Assembly: GCA_030704615.1 (NCBI GenBank)
Contig: CM060731.1
Span: 36,270,001-36,334,000, forward strand
Direction of reading: 5' to 3'
Origin: Takakia lepidozioides
Taxonomy: Eukaryota; Plantae; Bryophyta
Length of the DNA stretch: 64,000 nucleotides
Positions within the stretch are counted from its first letter, which is position 1. Every line of letters starts with the position of its first letter. The position numbers and the translations under genes were made by a program. Of this stretch, positions 36,780 through 48,830 are shown piece after piece. The notes under the pieces are model-generated. The model saw only the letters and a list, made by a program, of their open reading frames with translations, was not told the DNA's origin and searched no databases.

Positions 36780-39395
36780 ATGGCAGGGGTGAAGCAGGCA
36801 CAGTTCGAATCAGGCACCTCTGCCTTTGCAACTGTGGGTCAAGGAGAGAGAGTCAACAAGAACTCCTCTGGAACTTGTGAAGATGTGAGGACACTATGTA
36901 ACGCAGGACAACTGAAAGAGGCATTGCACATGTTGAATAAAGGGAGCATTTTGGCTGACTCGAATACTTACATTTGTCTCGTGCAGGAGTGCATCAAGTG
37001 GAAGTGCCTAGCAGAGGGAAAGCAGGTGCATGGCCACATTATACAAAGTGGATTCAAGCCAAAAATGTTTCTGCTCAACAACCTCGTTAACATGTATGTC
37101 AAGTGTGGAAGCGTGGTAGAGGCACGCCTAGTGTTTGACAAAATGCCTAAACGAGATACGTCTACTTGGAATATAATGATGGCAGGATACGCCAAGCATG
37201 GGTGTGGTAGGGAGGCCTTCAAGATCTATGAGCAAATGCTGCGGGAAGGGGTGATGCCTAACAGGGTCACCTTCATTTGTGTTCTCAAGGCATGTGCCAG
37301 CCTACGAGCTGTGGAAAAGGGCATAGAGGTCCATGCCAGCATCATTAAGGCTGGAATTCTGTCAGATATTACTGTGAACACTACCCTTGTCGACATGTAC
37401 GCAAAATGTGGGAGCATAAAGGATGCGCGCCATGTGTTTGACAATATGGCTGAGAAAAATGTGGTTTCTTGGAATTCATTGCTAACAGGATATGCTCAGC
37501 ACGGGTGGGGTAGGGAGGCTTTGGAGATATATCAGCAAATGATACGTGAAGGTGTGACACCTACCAATGTCACATTTATTTGCATCGTCAATGCATGTGC
37601 CAGCCTGGCAGCCCTGGCAAGTGGTAAAGAGGTCCATGCTGCCATCATTAAAGCTGGAATTGCACCAGATGTCATTCTACAGACCGCCCTTGTGGACATG
37701 TATGCTAAATGTGGGAGCATAACAGATGCACTCGAGGTGTTTAATGATATGACGGAACGAAATGTTGTCTCATGGAGTGCAATGATCAGAGGATATGCTC
37801 AGCATGGATGTGGTAGGGAGGCTTTGGAGCTGTATGAACAAATGGTATATGAAGGAGTGACACCCGATAAGGTCGCATTCATCTGCATTCTGAATGCATG
37901 TGCAACCCTGGCAGTCCTGCACAAGGGCAAAGAAGTTCATGCTGACATCATCAAAGCTAGAATTGCACCAGATGTCATTCTAGAGACGGCCCTTGCTGAT
38001 ATGTATGCTAAATGCGGGAGCATGACGGATGCACGGCGAGTGTTTGACAACATGGCTCAACGCAATGTGGTCTCATGGAGTGCAATGATCACGGGATATG
38101 CCCATCATGGGTTTGTTAGGGAGGCGCTGCAACTATTTGGACAGATGCGACAAGAAGGCTTGAAGCCAAACGAGTTCTCATGGAATGCAATGATCGCAGG
38201 ATATGCTCAGCATGGGTGTGGCAGGGAGGCTTTGGAGATGTATGAACAAATGACACTGGAAGGGATGATGCCTGACAAGATCACGTTCATATGTGTTCTC
38301 AATGCGTGTGCCAGCCTGGCAGCCTTGGAAAAAGGTAAAGAGGTTCATGCTGACATCATCAAAGCTGGGATTGCATCAGATGTCATTCTAGAGACTGCAC
38401 TTGCTGACATGTATGCCAAAAGCGGAAGCATGAAGTATGCACATCAAGTATTTGACAATATGACTGAACGAGATGTGGTCTCGTGCAGTGCAATGATTGC
38501 AGGGTATGCTCAGCATGGGTGTGGTATAGAAGCCTTGCGACTCTTTGAAAAAATGCAACAGGAAGGCTTGAAGCCGAATGGAGTCACCTTTTTATGTCTT
38601 CTCTCTGCATGTAGCCATGTGGGTCTAGTGAATGAGGGCTTGCATTACTTTGATTCCATGTGTCAAGATCATGGCCTCACACCGACAGCCCAACACCTTG
38701 GCTGCATGGTGGACCTTCTTGGCCGTGCAGGGCGGTTGGATGAGGCAGAGGACCTCATTAACAAACTGCCAATCGAACCAGATGCGGTGGTGTGGGGGGC
38801 CTTGCTTGGTGCCTGCAGAATTCATGGCAATCTGGAGGTAGCAGAGCGTGCAGCAAAATGCCTTCTCAAGTGGGATCCAGTGGATGCTACGACTTACATG
38901 CTGCTATCAAACATCTATGCTGCTGCTGGCAGGTGGGAGGATACAGCGAAGGTTAGAAAAATGATGGCAGACAGAGGGTTGACAAATACTCCAGGGCATT
39001 CCTCCATTGAGGTTGACAATAAGGTGCATACATTTGTTGTAGATGAAGAATTACATCCGAAAATTCCGGAAATCCATGCTGAGCTGAAGAGACTCTCTGG
39101 GCAGATGAAGCAGGCTGGGTATGTTCCTGACACCCGCTTCATATTGCATGATGGGGAGGACGACAAGGAATTTTCTCTTTGCTACCACAGTGAGAGGCTG
39201 GCTATTGCATTTGGGCTCATCAGCACTGCCCCTGGGTCGCCACTTCGTATTATGAAGGACGTCCGTGTGTGCAGTGACTGCCACACGGCCACCAAGTTCA
39301 TCTCAAAGATCGTTGGACGAGCAATTGTTGTTCGGGATGCTAATCGATTTCATCACTTCCAAGATGGGGTTTGCTCTTGTGGGGATTACTGGTGA
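36780..39395 (+). CDS. PLS-class PPR-DYW RNA-editing factor (possibly the terminal exon of a longer gene)
   Basis: 871-aa ORF with PLS repeats, PGHSSIEV, HSERLA..CSDCH, CSCGDYW. Acceptor-like TTATGCAG ends at 36778. Confidence 0.96.
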   Translation: MAGVKQAQFESGTSAFATVGQGERVNKNSSGTCEDVRTLCNAGQLKEALHMLNKGSILADSNTYICLVQECIKWKCLAEGKQVHGHIIQSGFKPKMFLLNNLVNMYVKCGSVVEARLVFDKMPKRDTSTWNIMMAGYAKHGCGREAFKIYEQMLREGVMPNRVTFICVLKACASLRAVEKGIEVHASIIKAGILSDITVNTTLVDMYAKCGSIKDARHVFDNMAEKNVVSWNSLLTGYAQHGWGREALEIYQQMIREGVTPTNVTFICIVNACASLAALASGKEVHAAIIKAGIAPDVILQTALVDMYAKCGSITDALEVFNDMTERNVVSWSAMIRGYAQHGCGREALELYEQMVYEGVTPDKVAFICILNACATLAVLHKGKEVHADIIKARIAPDVILETALADMYAKCGSMTDARRVFDNMAQRNVVSWSAMITGYAHHGFVREALQLFGQMRQEGLKPNEFSWNAMIAGYAQHGCGREALEMYEQMTLEGMMPDKITFICVLNACASLAALEKGKEVHADIIKAGIASDVILETALADMYAKSGSMKYAHQVFDNMTERDVVSCSAMIAGYAQHGCGIEALRLFEKMQQEGLKPNGVTFLCLLSACSHVGLVNEGLHYFDSMCQDHGLTPTAQHLGCMVDLLGRAGRLDEAEDLINKLPIEPDAVVWGALLGACRIHGNLEVAERAAKCLLKWDPVDATTYMLLSNIYAAAGRWEDTAKVRKMMADRGLTNTPGHSSIEVDNKVHTFVVDEELHPKIPEIHAELKRLSGQMKQAGYVPDTRFILHDGEDDKEFSLCYHSERLAIAFGLISTAPGSPLRIMKDVRVCSDCHTATKFISKIVGRAIVVRDANRFHHFQDGVCSCGDYW

Positions 39396-39956
39396 CATGA
39401 GCAACACACATCAAAGAATGTATGCAGGTTCAAGGATAGTGTGTGATTGAGTGCCGGAGTCATCAAGTTTCTCAATAGCTGAACATGTACAGATTCATGT
39501 AGCAACAGTGTAACCAGAGTATGTAAGATGTACTCAAGGCAAGTATTCGTCTTCAGATAAACCAAGTTTAGTTGACTGATCATCACAATACTGGATAGGA
39601 AAATCCAAGAAGGCCCAACATGTGTCGAACAATCCAACTTGAGTGAGGAGTACTTGAAAGTTGAACGCAAGTTTGTGTTTCCATAGGAACAAAAACGGTT
39701 CTCATTTCCAAACACAGCATGCAGGATGGGAGCTTGTGTGTTCATGTCATTTCCAACTCTGCTCCTCAATTGTTTCAGGAAAATGAACGAGGTTACGAAG
39801 CTTGAGGCATGTGGTGATGAATAGTCTCTGGTGGTAGTTTGTGTTGGGGGACGGTACCCAATTCTGAAGTAGTGGTGATCGTCAAACCTCAAGATCCAAG
39901 CGAAATCCTTAGATGCAGTTGCAGATACAGGAGTCTGAGTTGTTTGCAGGATTGGA

Positions 39957-40278
39957 ATGGATGTCAAACTGTTTGGAGATATGAAGGACGGTATTAAAGT
40001 GAAAGTTGTTGCAAGGGTGGCTGGTGGGTCCAGTCACAGTCACACCAACAATGAGACAGCTGAATCTCACAAAACTGGACTTCCTGGTGCCTCCCCCACT
40101 CATATGCCGACCATCCTTCTATTTAGTGCGGACGAGAAGGCACCAAAAGACCCAGCCTCTGTTGCAACTCTTCTCCAGAGGTAATTGTGCGAAGTGCTGG
40201 CACCTCTCCTTTTTTCCAATGGCAGGCAGAGTGCGACATGGAGATGGTGAGTTTGTGCTTACAACAGTTCCTCCCTAG
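39957..40278 (+). pseudogene. BAHD/HXXXD acyltransferase N-terminal fragment
   Basis: LVGP..VTPT..LNLTKLDF, HMPTILLFS and FFPMAGRV across shifted frames. Confidence 0.55.
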
Positions 40279-42589
40279 TAGACAGGTTACAACTCCAGCA
40301 TGCATGATAATTCAAATGTGTGTTCGTAGATCTACTACAACTCACCGAATAAAGCCTGTTGATCTGCCTTTCTGATACTGTACCTAGGTCAATATTGTGT
40401 TACTTTCCCTGTCGTGACCAGCGGGAGCTTCGCAAGAGCTCTACATCCATTGAACAAGTTGCAGATTTCTCAGGTTGTAATGTGGATTTTACTTGTTGAG
40501 TCACCAACTGAGTCACCAATTGAGCATGCATCAATATGGGATTCAGATGGTCATGGATTTTAACCAATTAGAACTGCGATCTTCTGACGACTCACCAAGA
40601 GCAGGTGTGAAGAGACTGCAGGCTCGGCCGCCTCCGGCACACCGTCTACTTCCGACTGAAGGCCGGCGACGCCGCCGTCAAACGTTCAGGGACGACAATT
40701 ACCAACGAGCTGCTGGAGTGGACGGAAGCGTTCGTCGCCCCGTAAGAATAAGAATATGCTGGCCGCCACCAACAGAAGGTACCGTCCTCATCATCAGCCA
40801 CATCGCTTTCCCTTTACCGGAAGATCGACTTCCGGTGGGGCCGGCCGACGGCGCTTCTCAGCTTGGATCCATTTTGCTGGCGGCGCGGCCCCTGAAGGGC
40901 GGTGTGGACGCGCTGCTCACACTTCCTGTGAGTGAAATGAGGGTTTTGAGTCTGAGTTCATCCAGTTCCTCCACAGGATCCATGGATCTTACCCCAGCTT
41001 GTCTCCTGCAAGCTGTGACCTGGTTGAAGCAACACCTGCAGGGATAAACATGACAGTATCACCTGAGGGACACCTGCATATCATGATCTTGTCCTCTAGA
41101 TCTCTCCTGCAGATGGGCGCTGCTGGAACGATGCCTATTTGGTGGACCTTGACATGATCATTTGGGCGGGAGTTGCAGTCCTGCAGATTAGAAGTACTGT
41201 CTTCCAGTCAGTAAAGTTATTTGCTAGTCCTGATTAATCAGAAGTAAGCTAGTACTCTCTATGTGCATAACATTCTAGTCAACAAAGTTAATTATGCTTA
41301 CTAAAGAAAGATACATGCAGCAGTAAAGACAGACAAGTTATGTACTTTCAGCCAGCTCTCTCTCTCTACAATCTATTGTCTTCTCAAACACGAAACACAC
41401 AGTTGTAGTAAAGAGGTTAAGGTCTCTCTCTCTCTCCAGAGATCACTGTGAAGGTCACACAAGTGAAGAAAGTTCTTCTCCAAAGCAAAATACTGACAGA
41501 AGTGATGAAGATGCTGCACAAGTACTTCCAGGAGACATCTTCCACCTCACACAAGTAAAATGAGGAGTGCACTTTGCATGACTAGTCAGTACAGGAGAGC
41601 GGGAGTATCCAAAGATGTCACAAATACTTCCATATGGCCGTACAGTAGAATACCGAGCCAGTAGGTAGACTGCGCATATATCATTTTATTAAAGATAATC
41701 CCCACTAAACGTCAAAGAGAGAGAGATGACGCCAACCGTGGCAGTTACCGCCTCTTCCCCTTGCACGGGTCACTAAACATCAAACGAAACTACCTTGAAC
41801 AAAACTTGTTCAAATCAGTATCTTGCATTTAATGGGCTGACAAATGCTAAGACATATCTGCGCACACATCATATCCTGGTAACTGAGTATGGTAAACCTT
41901 TGGATCAGTAGGCAAATTATCTATAGATGTGTACATACATTTCCTTCAAACTGATTTCTTTTCAAACATATTGGCTCAATATAGTCGGGCACATTTCATC
42001 ATCAATTGCAACAGTACACTATATGTACAGCGATGAAAAATATACATTTTGAGACTTCTTCAATGACATATAGTGGTTCAGTGTCCATGCACTGTGTAGA
42101 GTGCTTTCCCAACCATCACATGGACGTCAATCAATCATTACAAACATGTATATTCATGGAGCTTTGATTAATAGAGACTAGCTGATAGAAATCAAAGTCC
42201 TTTCAAAGTCCTGAAGATCTTGCCGCAAAACAAAGGCTGGATAGGAATGAAGTCCTTTCCAATCCCAACTAAACTGGAAGATGCAACTCAATGAAAAATG
42301 ATTAGAGTCCTTTCTTCACAGAAAAACGATAGAGTCCCTTTCAAACACCCCCAGACCAAACCAAAAAATCCAAGTCAATGGCATATATTTACTATATTAT
42401 TTACAATCAACTTAGTCACAACTACTTGAAGTGCTTAACACAGCGACTCCCTGTATGTGTCCTTGTAATTGTTTCAGGCATACTCAAGTCCTGAATAGAA
42501 ATACACTGTATAGCTTCACATGTACTACTTCATGACATACTCAAGTTGAGTAGAAATCTGTACGCAGTGAAGGGTAGTCTTATTTGCCA

Positions 42590-43045
42590 GTGAGGCAAGT
42601 CTCAGGGAGCAAGTATAATCAGCCACGTCAATATATATACGTACCTACTGCTTGTACAGCATCTGACATGAACGTTACACTAGTGAGCCTGGCAAGCTGC
42701 AAATCGAATCGACCTCAAATATTGGGCTTGGGACTTTAGATGGAGGTCTCAAGGAGCAGGTCCACCCAGTCAAAAACATGCGTGGGGCCTATACATATAC
42801 TGAGCTGGAGAGGGTCAGATGGAGGTCTCAAGGAGCAAGTCTAATCAGCCACAAATATATATGCACCCACATTCTTGGTTTCCAATTACTGCGCTGGAGA
42901 TGTTCTAATCAGTCACATATACGTGCCTACATGCTTGGCCTCCGATTATTATATGCTTGGCCTCCGATTACTGCGCTGGAGATGTTCACATGGAGGTGCG
43001 GTCAAGGAGCAAGTCTAATCAGCTCCCACAAGTACATACGTGGCT
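42590..43045. repeat. Degenerate tandem repeat (GGAGGTCTCAAGGAGCAAGTCTAATCAGCCAC-like, ~5 copies)
   Basis: Motif recurs near 42595, 42740, 42820, 42895 and 42990. Confidence 0.55.
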
Positions 43046-46000
43046 AGACATGCTTGGCATCCGCAGATTGCGCTTCCAGGGACGTTCTTACGCGTGCTGA
43101 GAGCATCATATCGACCATTAACCACGCCTGATCGTAGATCTGCACGCATCTAGTTTTCAGGGCAAGGGGGGATGCTCCGCTGGGTTCTTCCTTCCTTGCC
43201 TGTCCTTCTCTGCATCTTAGATCTCCATCTCCATCTCCATCAGGCTGGGCCACAGTCCTCTCGACGAGAAAATCTAGTGGGAGCTGCATTGTTCTAAGTT
43301 CCTTCCTATATATTGTTAACCTTAACCACATGTACAAGTTAAGAGCTGGGCAATAAGAGATACGAAAGGGTTTTCATGGGTTTTCTGGCCTCCTACTGCA
43401 AACCAACTACAACTGATTGCAACGATATGAAAGCAAGGTCTGAGCAGTCCCTACTTAAATCGACATATTATAGATAAACTATCCTCCAAGAGTGCCCAAA
43501 AATTGTAACTTAGTCCAGAATTGATCCTTGTCTAGTCCTCCCAAAATTTTGATTGGTGCCTCTAATTTGAAACTCAAGAGCTCTCAATCAACTACCAACC
43601 CAGTGGCATGTTTAACAACCATAATTCCTTCTCTTAGCCAATGCTTCCAGGCACAAACACGTCTATCCAAGCACATTCAGAATGGAAGTTCTAGAGGAGC
43701 CCATGAACCGTGATTTGACCTAGAGCAGAGAGAAAGAACTGTTCTGTCAGAGCACTTGAGAGCAGACCTGCAAGCTGTTTCCAGTAATCATAACTTATCA
43801 TGTCCTTGTAACTTTTCAGATCTGAATTAGTGGCTCGTTTCCCCGAAGTGGGGCCCAATTTAATTGTGACAAAGACCTCAACCCCAACACCCAACAACCA
43901 AATAGCAAGGCCAAAAACTTGAAAGAAAAGATCAACAGACATAACCAAACCCTAAAAATATCAACTCTCACTGTAAAATGCCTCTCTAGATCATTGGATG
44001 CCAACTGGAGGCATCGAAGGTTTTTTCTAAATTTGAAAACATGTCATAAAATAATATATAATGTAACGGCCGTGCTACCCCATCAGGGATCCAAAAGCTG
44101 AGGTACATTTCAGCTCAGAAAACTGAGCTAATGAATGATTGCGTTGTGTTTCCAGAGCTTCTCCTGATCTTGCGTGACATCGTAGTGAAGAGTATAAAGG
44201 AGGAGCCAGCCTCTGGATACCTCCAGTCTCTTCTTTCTTCCTTTCTCTTGCTTCCTTTAGTTTTCAGCGGGGTGCTAGTCCTTCCAGCCCCTCCCGGAGT
44301 ACAGGGGCTTCATTGTGCGCCGATAGCCTTTCATTGAGACTGGCCAGATGGTTACCTTCCCCAGTTGAGACGATAACATCTCCCCTCGAGCGTGGATTAA
44401 TAGCTGTGTACTGTTGTTTTGGGCAGGGGGATTTTCAGATTGCAGGATAATCCGATTGCTTCAGGGCAGCAAGGATTAGTGCTGTCCATACGCACAGAGC
44501 TGCAAGAAAGAGTGGCCGGCAGCTGCAAGGGCACTCTGATCAAGCCTAGCTGTGCCCAGGGCAGCATTAAGGCCCTCCATCGAGATACCCGACCACGGCG
44601 CTGCGTCTACCACATTTTCCAATTGAAGGTACATTTCCTATTTTCAGCTGATGTTAAAGAACAGAGAACAAAATAATGTACTTTGTCTCTAGGTAGTGAT
44701 GTAGCTCTTAACACCTTAAACTCCTTGGGAGTGAACTTACCGATCTTATATTTTTTGGGACGTAGCAGGCTGCAAGCTGACAGTTTTTGAGTCCTTCCGC
44801 AGAGTGGGGAGCAAGCAAGAGAGTTGCACAGGCATAATTTCGGGGAGCCCCTTGTTCTGTAAAGGAATGTTTTGGGCCTTCGGCAGGTTACTGGATAGCA
44901 AGGGATCAGTCTTATAGACCATTGGAGGAGTCCTTGTTCAGTGAGCTTGTAGTTTTTCTTACTTCTTCCTATCGAACAGACCGTGCAGGAAGTCATGGGT
45001 TTGGAGTCCAATCAGTATGACCTTGCTGATCACTGCCATTGAACACTCAGGCCCTTCGAAATTCCTTTAAACACACCGTTCCTTGTCCCTAATCGGCTTT
45101 CCATGCCACGGAAGGACCCTCTCTGGAGTCATCGACTACGACTGGACCACACGACTATCATTCGTCGGTTACCATGTGCGTGCAACCCCTTCAGATGACC
45201 ACCACCTAGCTAGCTGCCTTCCTGCACAGTTTTAAGTGTCACTGTTCCATCTACATATTAGAGTAGGAGGATCAAGAGCAGAGCTTGAGAAACCAGGGCC
45301 ATCTTCCGGTCTGCAGCCATATATTGATGCAGTACCAGCTAGCTAGCCATGCCAGCTCTTGGATTTCAATCTAAGTGGTGCGGCCTTTTATCACGACTAC
45401 CTAATCCCACGGGAGGGCCTTCATCACTATGTCTCCTGCAGGCCTTAATTCATCATCCAGCCTTTTGATCTGTATTCTATGTCTGGAGAGGTCCTGAGCA
45501 GACATCTGCCTTCTACAGTTCTGGGAAACTGCAGGGAGCGTTTTGGACAGTTGATCACACACATCACAGAAGCCACAACGACTGATCACACATAAATAGC
45601 ACCTTCGACGAGAGTCAGTTTATAGCTACTGATTGTAGCTAGCTGTTGGGAGGGTGACGTTCCAAAATGAGGTTTTGAACGTTACTGCTACTGACTGCAC
45701 GTGGGAGGGTACTGTTTAAAAAGTAAGGTTGTCATGTTTAGTGGCCAAAACTTGGTTGGTGGCCTCATGTGGCAAACTCTCATTTAGGGTCATATATCCT
45801 TAGTAGAAATGAAATGAAATGAAATGGTGCTTTATAACGTCCGCGGAAAGCTCATAGTAGAGCTCAAGTAGAGCAAGAGGATTTCTCGGGAGTCTGAAGT
45901 CAGACCTTGCAAGGTAAGTTCACACCCATTTCCATCTAAGGCATGAAAGATGATTCCTTGGGAAGCCAGATCAGATTATCATGACGACATTATGACTAGG

Positions 46001-46743
46001 GTTTTCTGAAGACCTCTAACAGCATGAGCAGAAATACTGTTGTTTGTGCAGCAAGGCAGATCTGGATCGACCAACTGGTAATTCAAATTCTGAGGCCGCA
46101 GCTATCCAGACATTGAGTAATTTGATAACACAAATACAAGTCCAAAGAAGCCATTCCTAATGGAGCAGCAACTAGAGGAGACGGGTTCGCCATCTAATTA
46201 TCGGGCTGTTGACCAGCTTGAGGTCTGTCTATTCCTTTCCATGGGTCATCCTTGATCATAGATTACACAAAACCATCTGAAGGAATATATTTAGTGCACA
46301 GTTAGATCATCACTATATTGTGTTTCAAATGATCCTTCTTGCAGTTCCCAATCACCATATTACTAATTTCTGATATACTGTTGAGCATGCAGCTGTCCTT
46401 GTCAAGTTCCGGTGCTTTTTCCTCGCGGTTCAATGACGAGAAGGTATGAACAGGAATGGAAACCCACTTAAGTTGGGAAAACCATAATATTTGTGCTCCA
46501 ATGACGTCTTGATGAATTGAGTTCTGGATAAAAGAATAGTAACTTGGATATGGACATGATGCAAAGCTAGTAGTTTGCAACTACGTTAGATTAAATTATG
46601 GTAGCAGATAATAGCAAACTGCTGTCCTTAAATTATTCAATAGGTAGCTAGGAAGCCACAGTTTTCTAAATTTCCTGTTCAATGCTTTCTAGTAGATGTT
46701 GCGGGCCCAGGCTACCGATCCAACTATGCCGACATGGTGATTA

Positions 46744-48189
46744 ATGACGTCCTCCTCTTGTCCTTCTCTAATTACCGTTGATGTTGCGCTGGCTTATTTA
46801 TGTGACTGGAGAATGTCCTTAGTGTACTGTAATTTTGGTGTAAGCTGGCCACTGTTGAGATTGAAATTGCGGGCTGTACAGGTACCTCCAAAGATAAAGG
46901 TGTTCGTTCTTCCTGCCCCACACGACTGGGACACAGAAAAGGAGATCGGACGATGCCCAATGACAAGTTCTTGGGAAAATTGGATCCAACAATCCGAAGG
47001 ACAGAGCATTGGAGACAGGAATAACATTGCAGTGATTTGGGAAACTCCTAGGGATCCCCACAACAGCAGGCAGCCGATGTTGCAGGATCTGATGACTGAG
47101 GAGATTGGATCCTCAATTGCAGCCTACCATGAAAAATGGGACAGAGCATTGGAGGCAGAAATAATCCGGCATCGAAGGCATGAACAATCCGAAGGAGGCA
47201 CAAATATTGCAGTGACTTGGGAAATTCCTAGGTATCCCCACAATAGGCAGCCGATGTTGCAGGAGCTATTGACTGATGAGATTGGATCCGCAAATGCAGC
47301 CTGCCCGGAAAAATGGGAACAAATATCCGAAGGCAAGAGCATGCGAGCCGGAATTGCTCCTACAGAACCCCACAACAGGCTGCAGCCGGTGTTGCAGATG
47401 GAGATTGCATCCTCGCAGATGGAGATTGCATCCTCAATCGCAACGTCATCGAGGGGATGCCCAATCGTGACCGAGGATCTAAGTTTCCATGAACTGTCCG
47501 AAAAAGATACAGAAGGACGGCTTACTCCAGGGCAGCTTGCAAATGGGCTTTGACTATGCCCATGGGGCGACATCATTGGTACATGGCCAGAGCAATGGAC
47601 CGAACATTGCAAGAAACTCCTAGCAAAATCCTAAAAAGGAAGTGCTTTACTGAAGAAGGATGAGTCCATGAAGCTCGGAGGATGCCGAATGAGGAAGCAT
47701 GGCAATGCTGGGTCAAATGTGCAGGAGGAGAACCATCGCTCCCCTGCAATTGCAACTTGGGAAAATCCTGGGGAACCCCACAACTGCAATCGGGTGTCGC
47801 ACAAGCTAATGACTAAGGATGGCCCCAAAGAATGCCAGATCTGCATGATAGACCTGACCGAGGATTTGGATTCGCAAGAATTGTTGGAAAAAGATGCAGA
47901 GGCACGGAAAGTACTGGAGGAAAAACTCCAAGTCGACGCAGACGATACAGTGGCGCCACAGATACTCGAGGACAGGCTGCAAGTGGGCTCAGAAGGTACA
48001 GAGGCACGGATAGTCGTGGAGTACCAACCGCAAGTTGGCTCAGAACTAGATGCAGAGTCTGTACGGATACTCGAGCACCAATTAATGCAGCTTGTGGACT
48101 CAGAAGACGCTCAGGAACAGCTGATCCTCGAGCTCCAGTTGCAAGCTAGTGAGCTTGGACACTGCCAAACAGTGGATACAGGTGCATGA
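46744..48189 (+). other. Unknown, probably decayed coding region with internal peptide repeats
   Basis: ORFs of 269 and 173 aa with 3-4 copies of IAxxWExPxxPHN(S)RQPMLQxLxTxEIGS and acidic ILExQLQVGSE repeats, separated by stops. Confidence 0.35.
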
Positions 48190-48559
48190 CATCTTCTCAT
48201 AAATATTCTTAAAGAGAACATTTGCATTCGCAGAACAGTAGTCTTATAAGCAAGTAATTTTTCTTGAGCTGTTTGTTCAAGAAAGGATTCCCTCGTCTGA
48301 TCAAATCCAGACACTGTACATACCACTAAATTTGATCTATCCTCCAATCAGCCATTGTACCACAACCTCTAGTTAAGCTCGGTGTTAGGTCCAACTCACA
48401 CAGGGAGGTTTGGTCAAATTCCAATGTGGAAATTAGTTTAAAATTGCTATGAAGATTGCCTGATATTTAGAACTGACTAGGGGATTTGCAAATTGAACCA
48501 TTCCCTGATTGGACACCAGGGAAATTAAGTCCGAACATCCTTTTCAAAATTTAGTGGAC

Positions 48560-48830
48560 TTTTCCAGGTGGCACTTTTTTAAAAAACTCCATATGGTATT
48601 ATGAGCCGTGTTATGATACACTTTCCGGTGGCATTTCTATTGAGATTCCAGATGGCATTATAATAGACATTCCAGGTGGCACTTTTTTTGAGATTCCAGA
48701 TGGCATTATAATACACTTTTCAGGTGGCACTTTTTTTAATATTCCACATGGTATTTTGATATTCCAGATGGTCTTGTAATACACTTTCCAGGTACTTCTT
48801 TTGATGTGCCAGATATAATACACTTTTGGT
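48560..48830. repeat. Minisatellite, ~48-bp unit (TTCCAGGTGGCACTTTTTT..ATTCCAGATGGCATTATAATACAC)
   Basis: About 5 imperfect tandem copies. Confidence 0.75.

Noticed and set aside
43350-45700. Possible degraded LINE (ORF1/endonuclease-like traces on the minus strand)
   Set aside because: Only faint motif hints with many stops; cannot be supported without a profile search.
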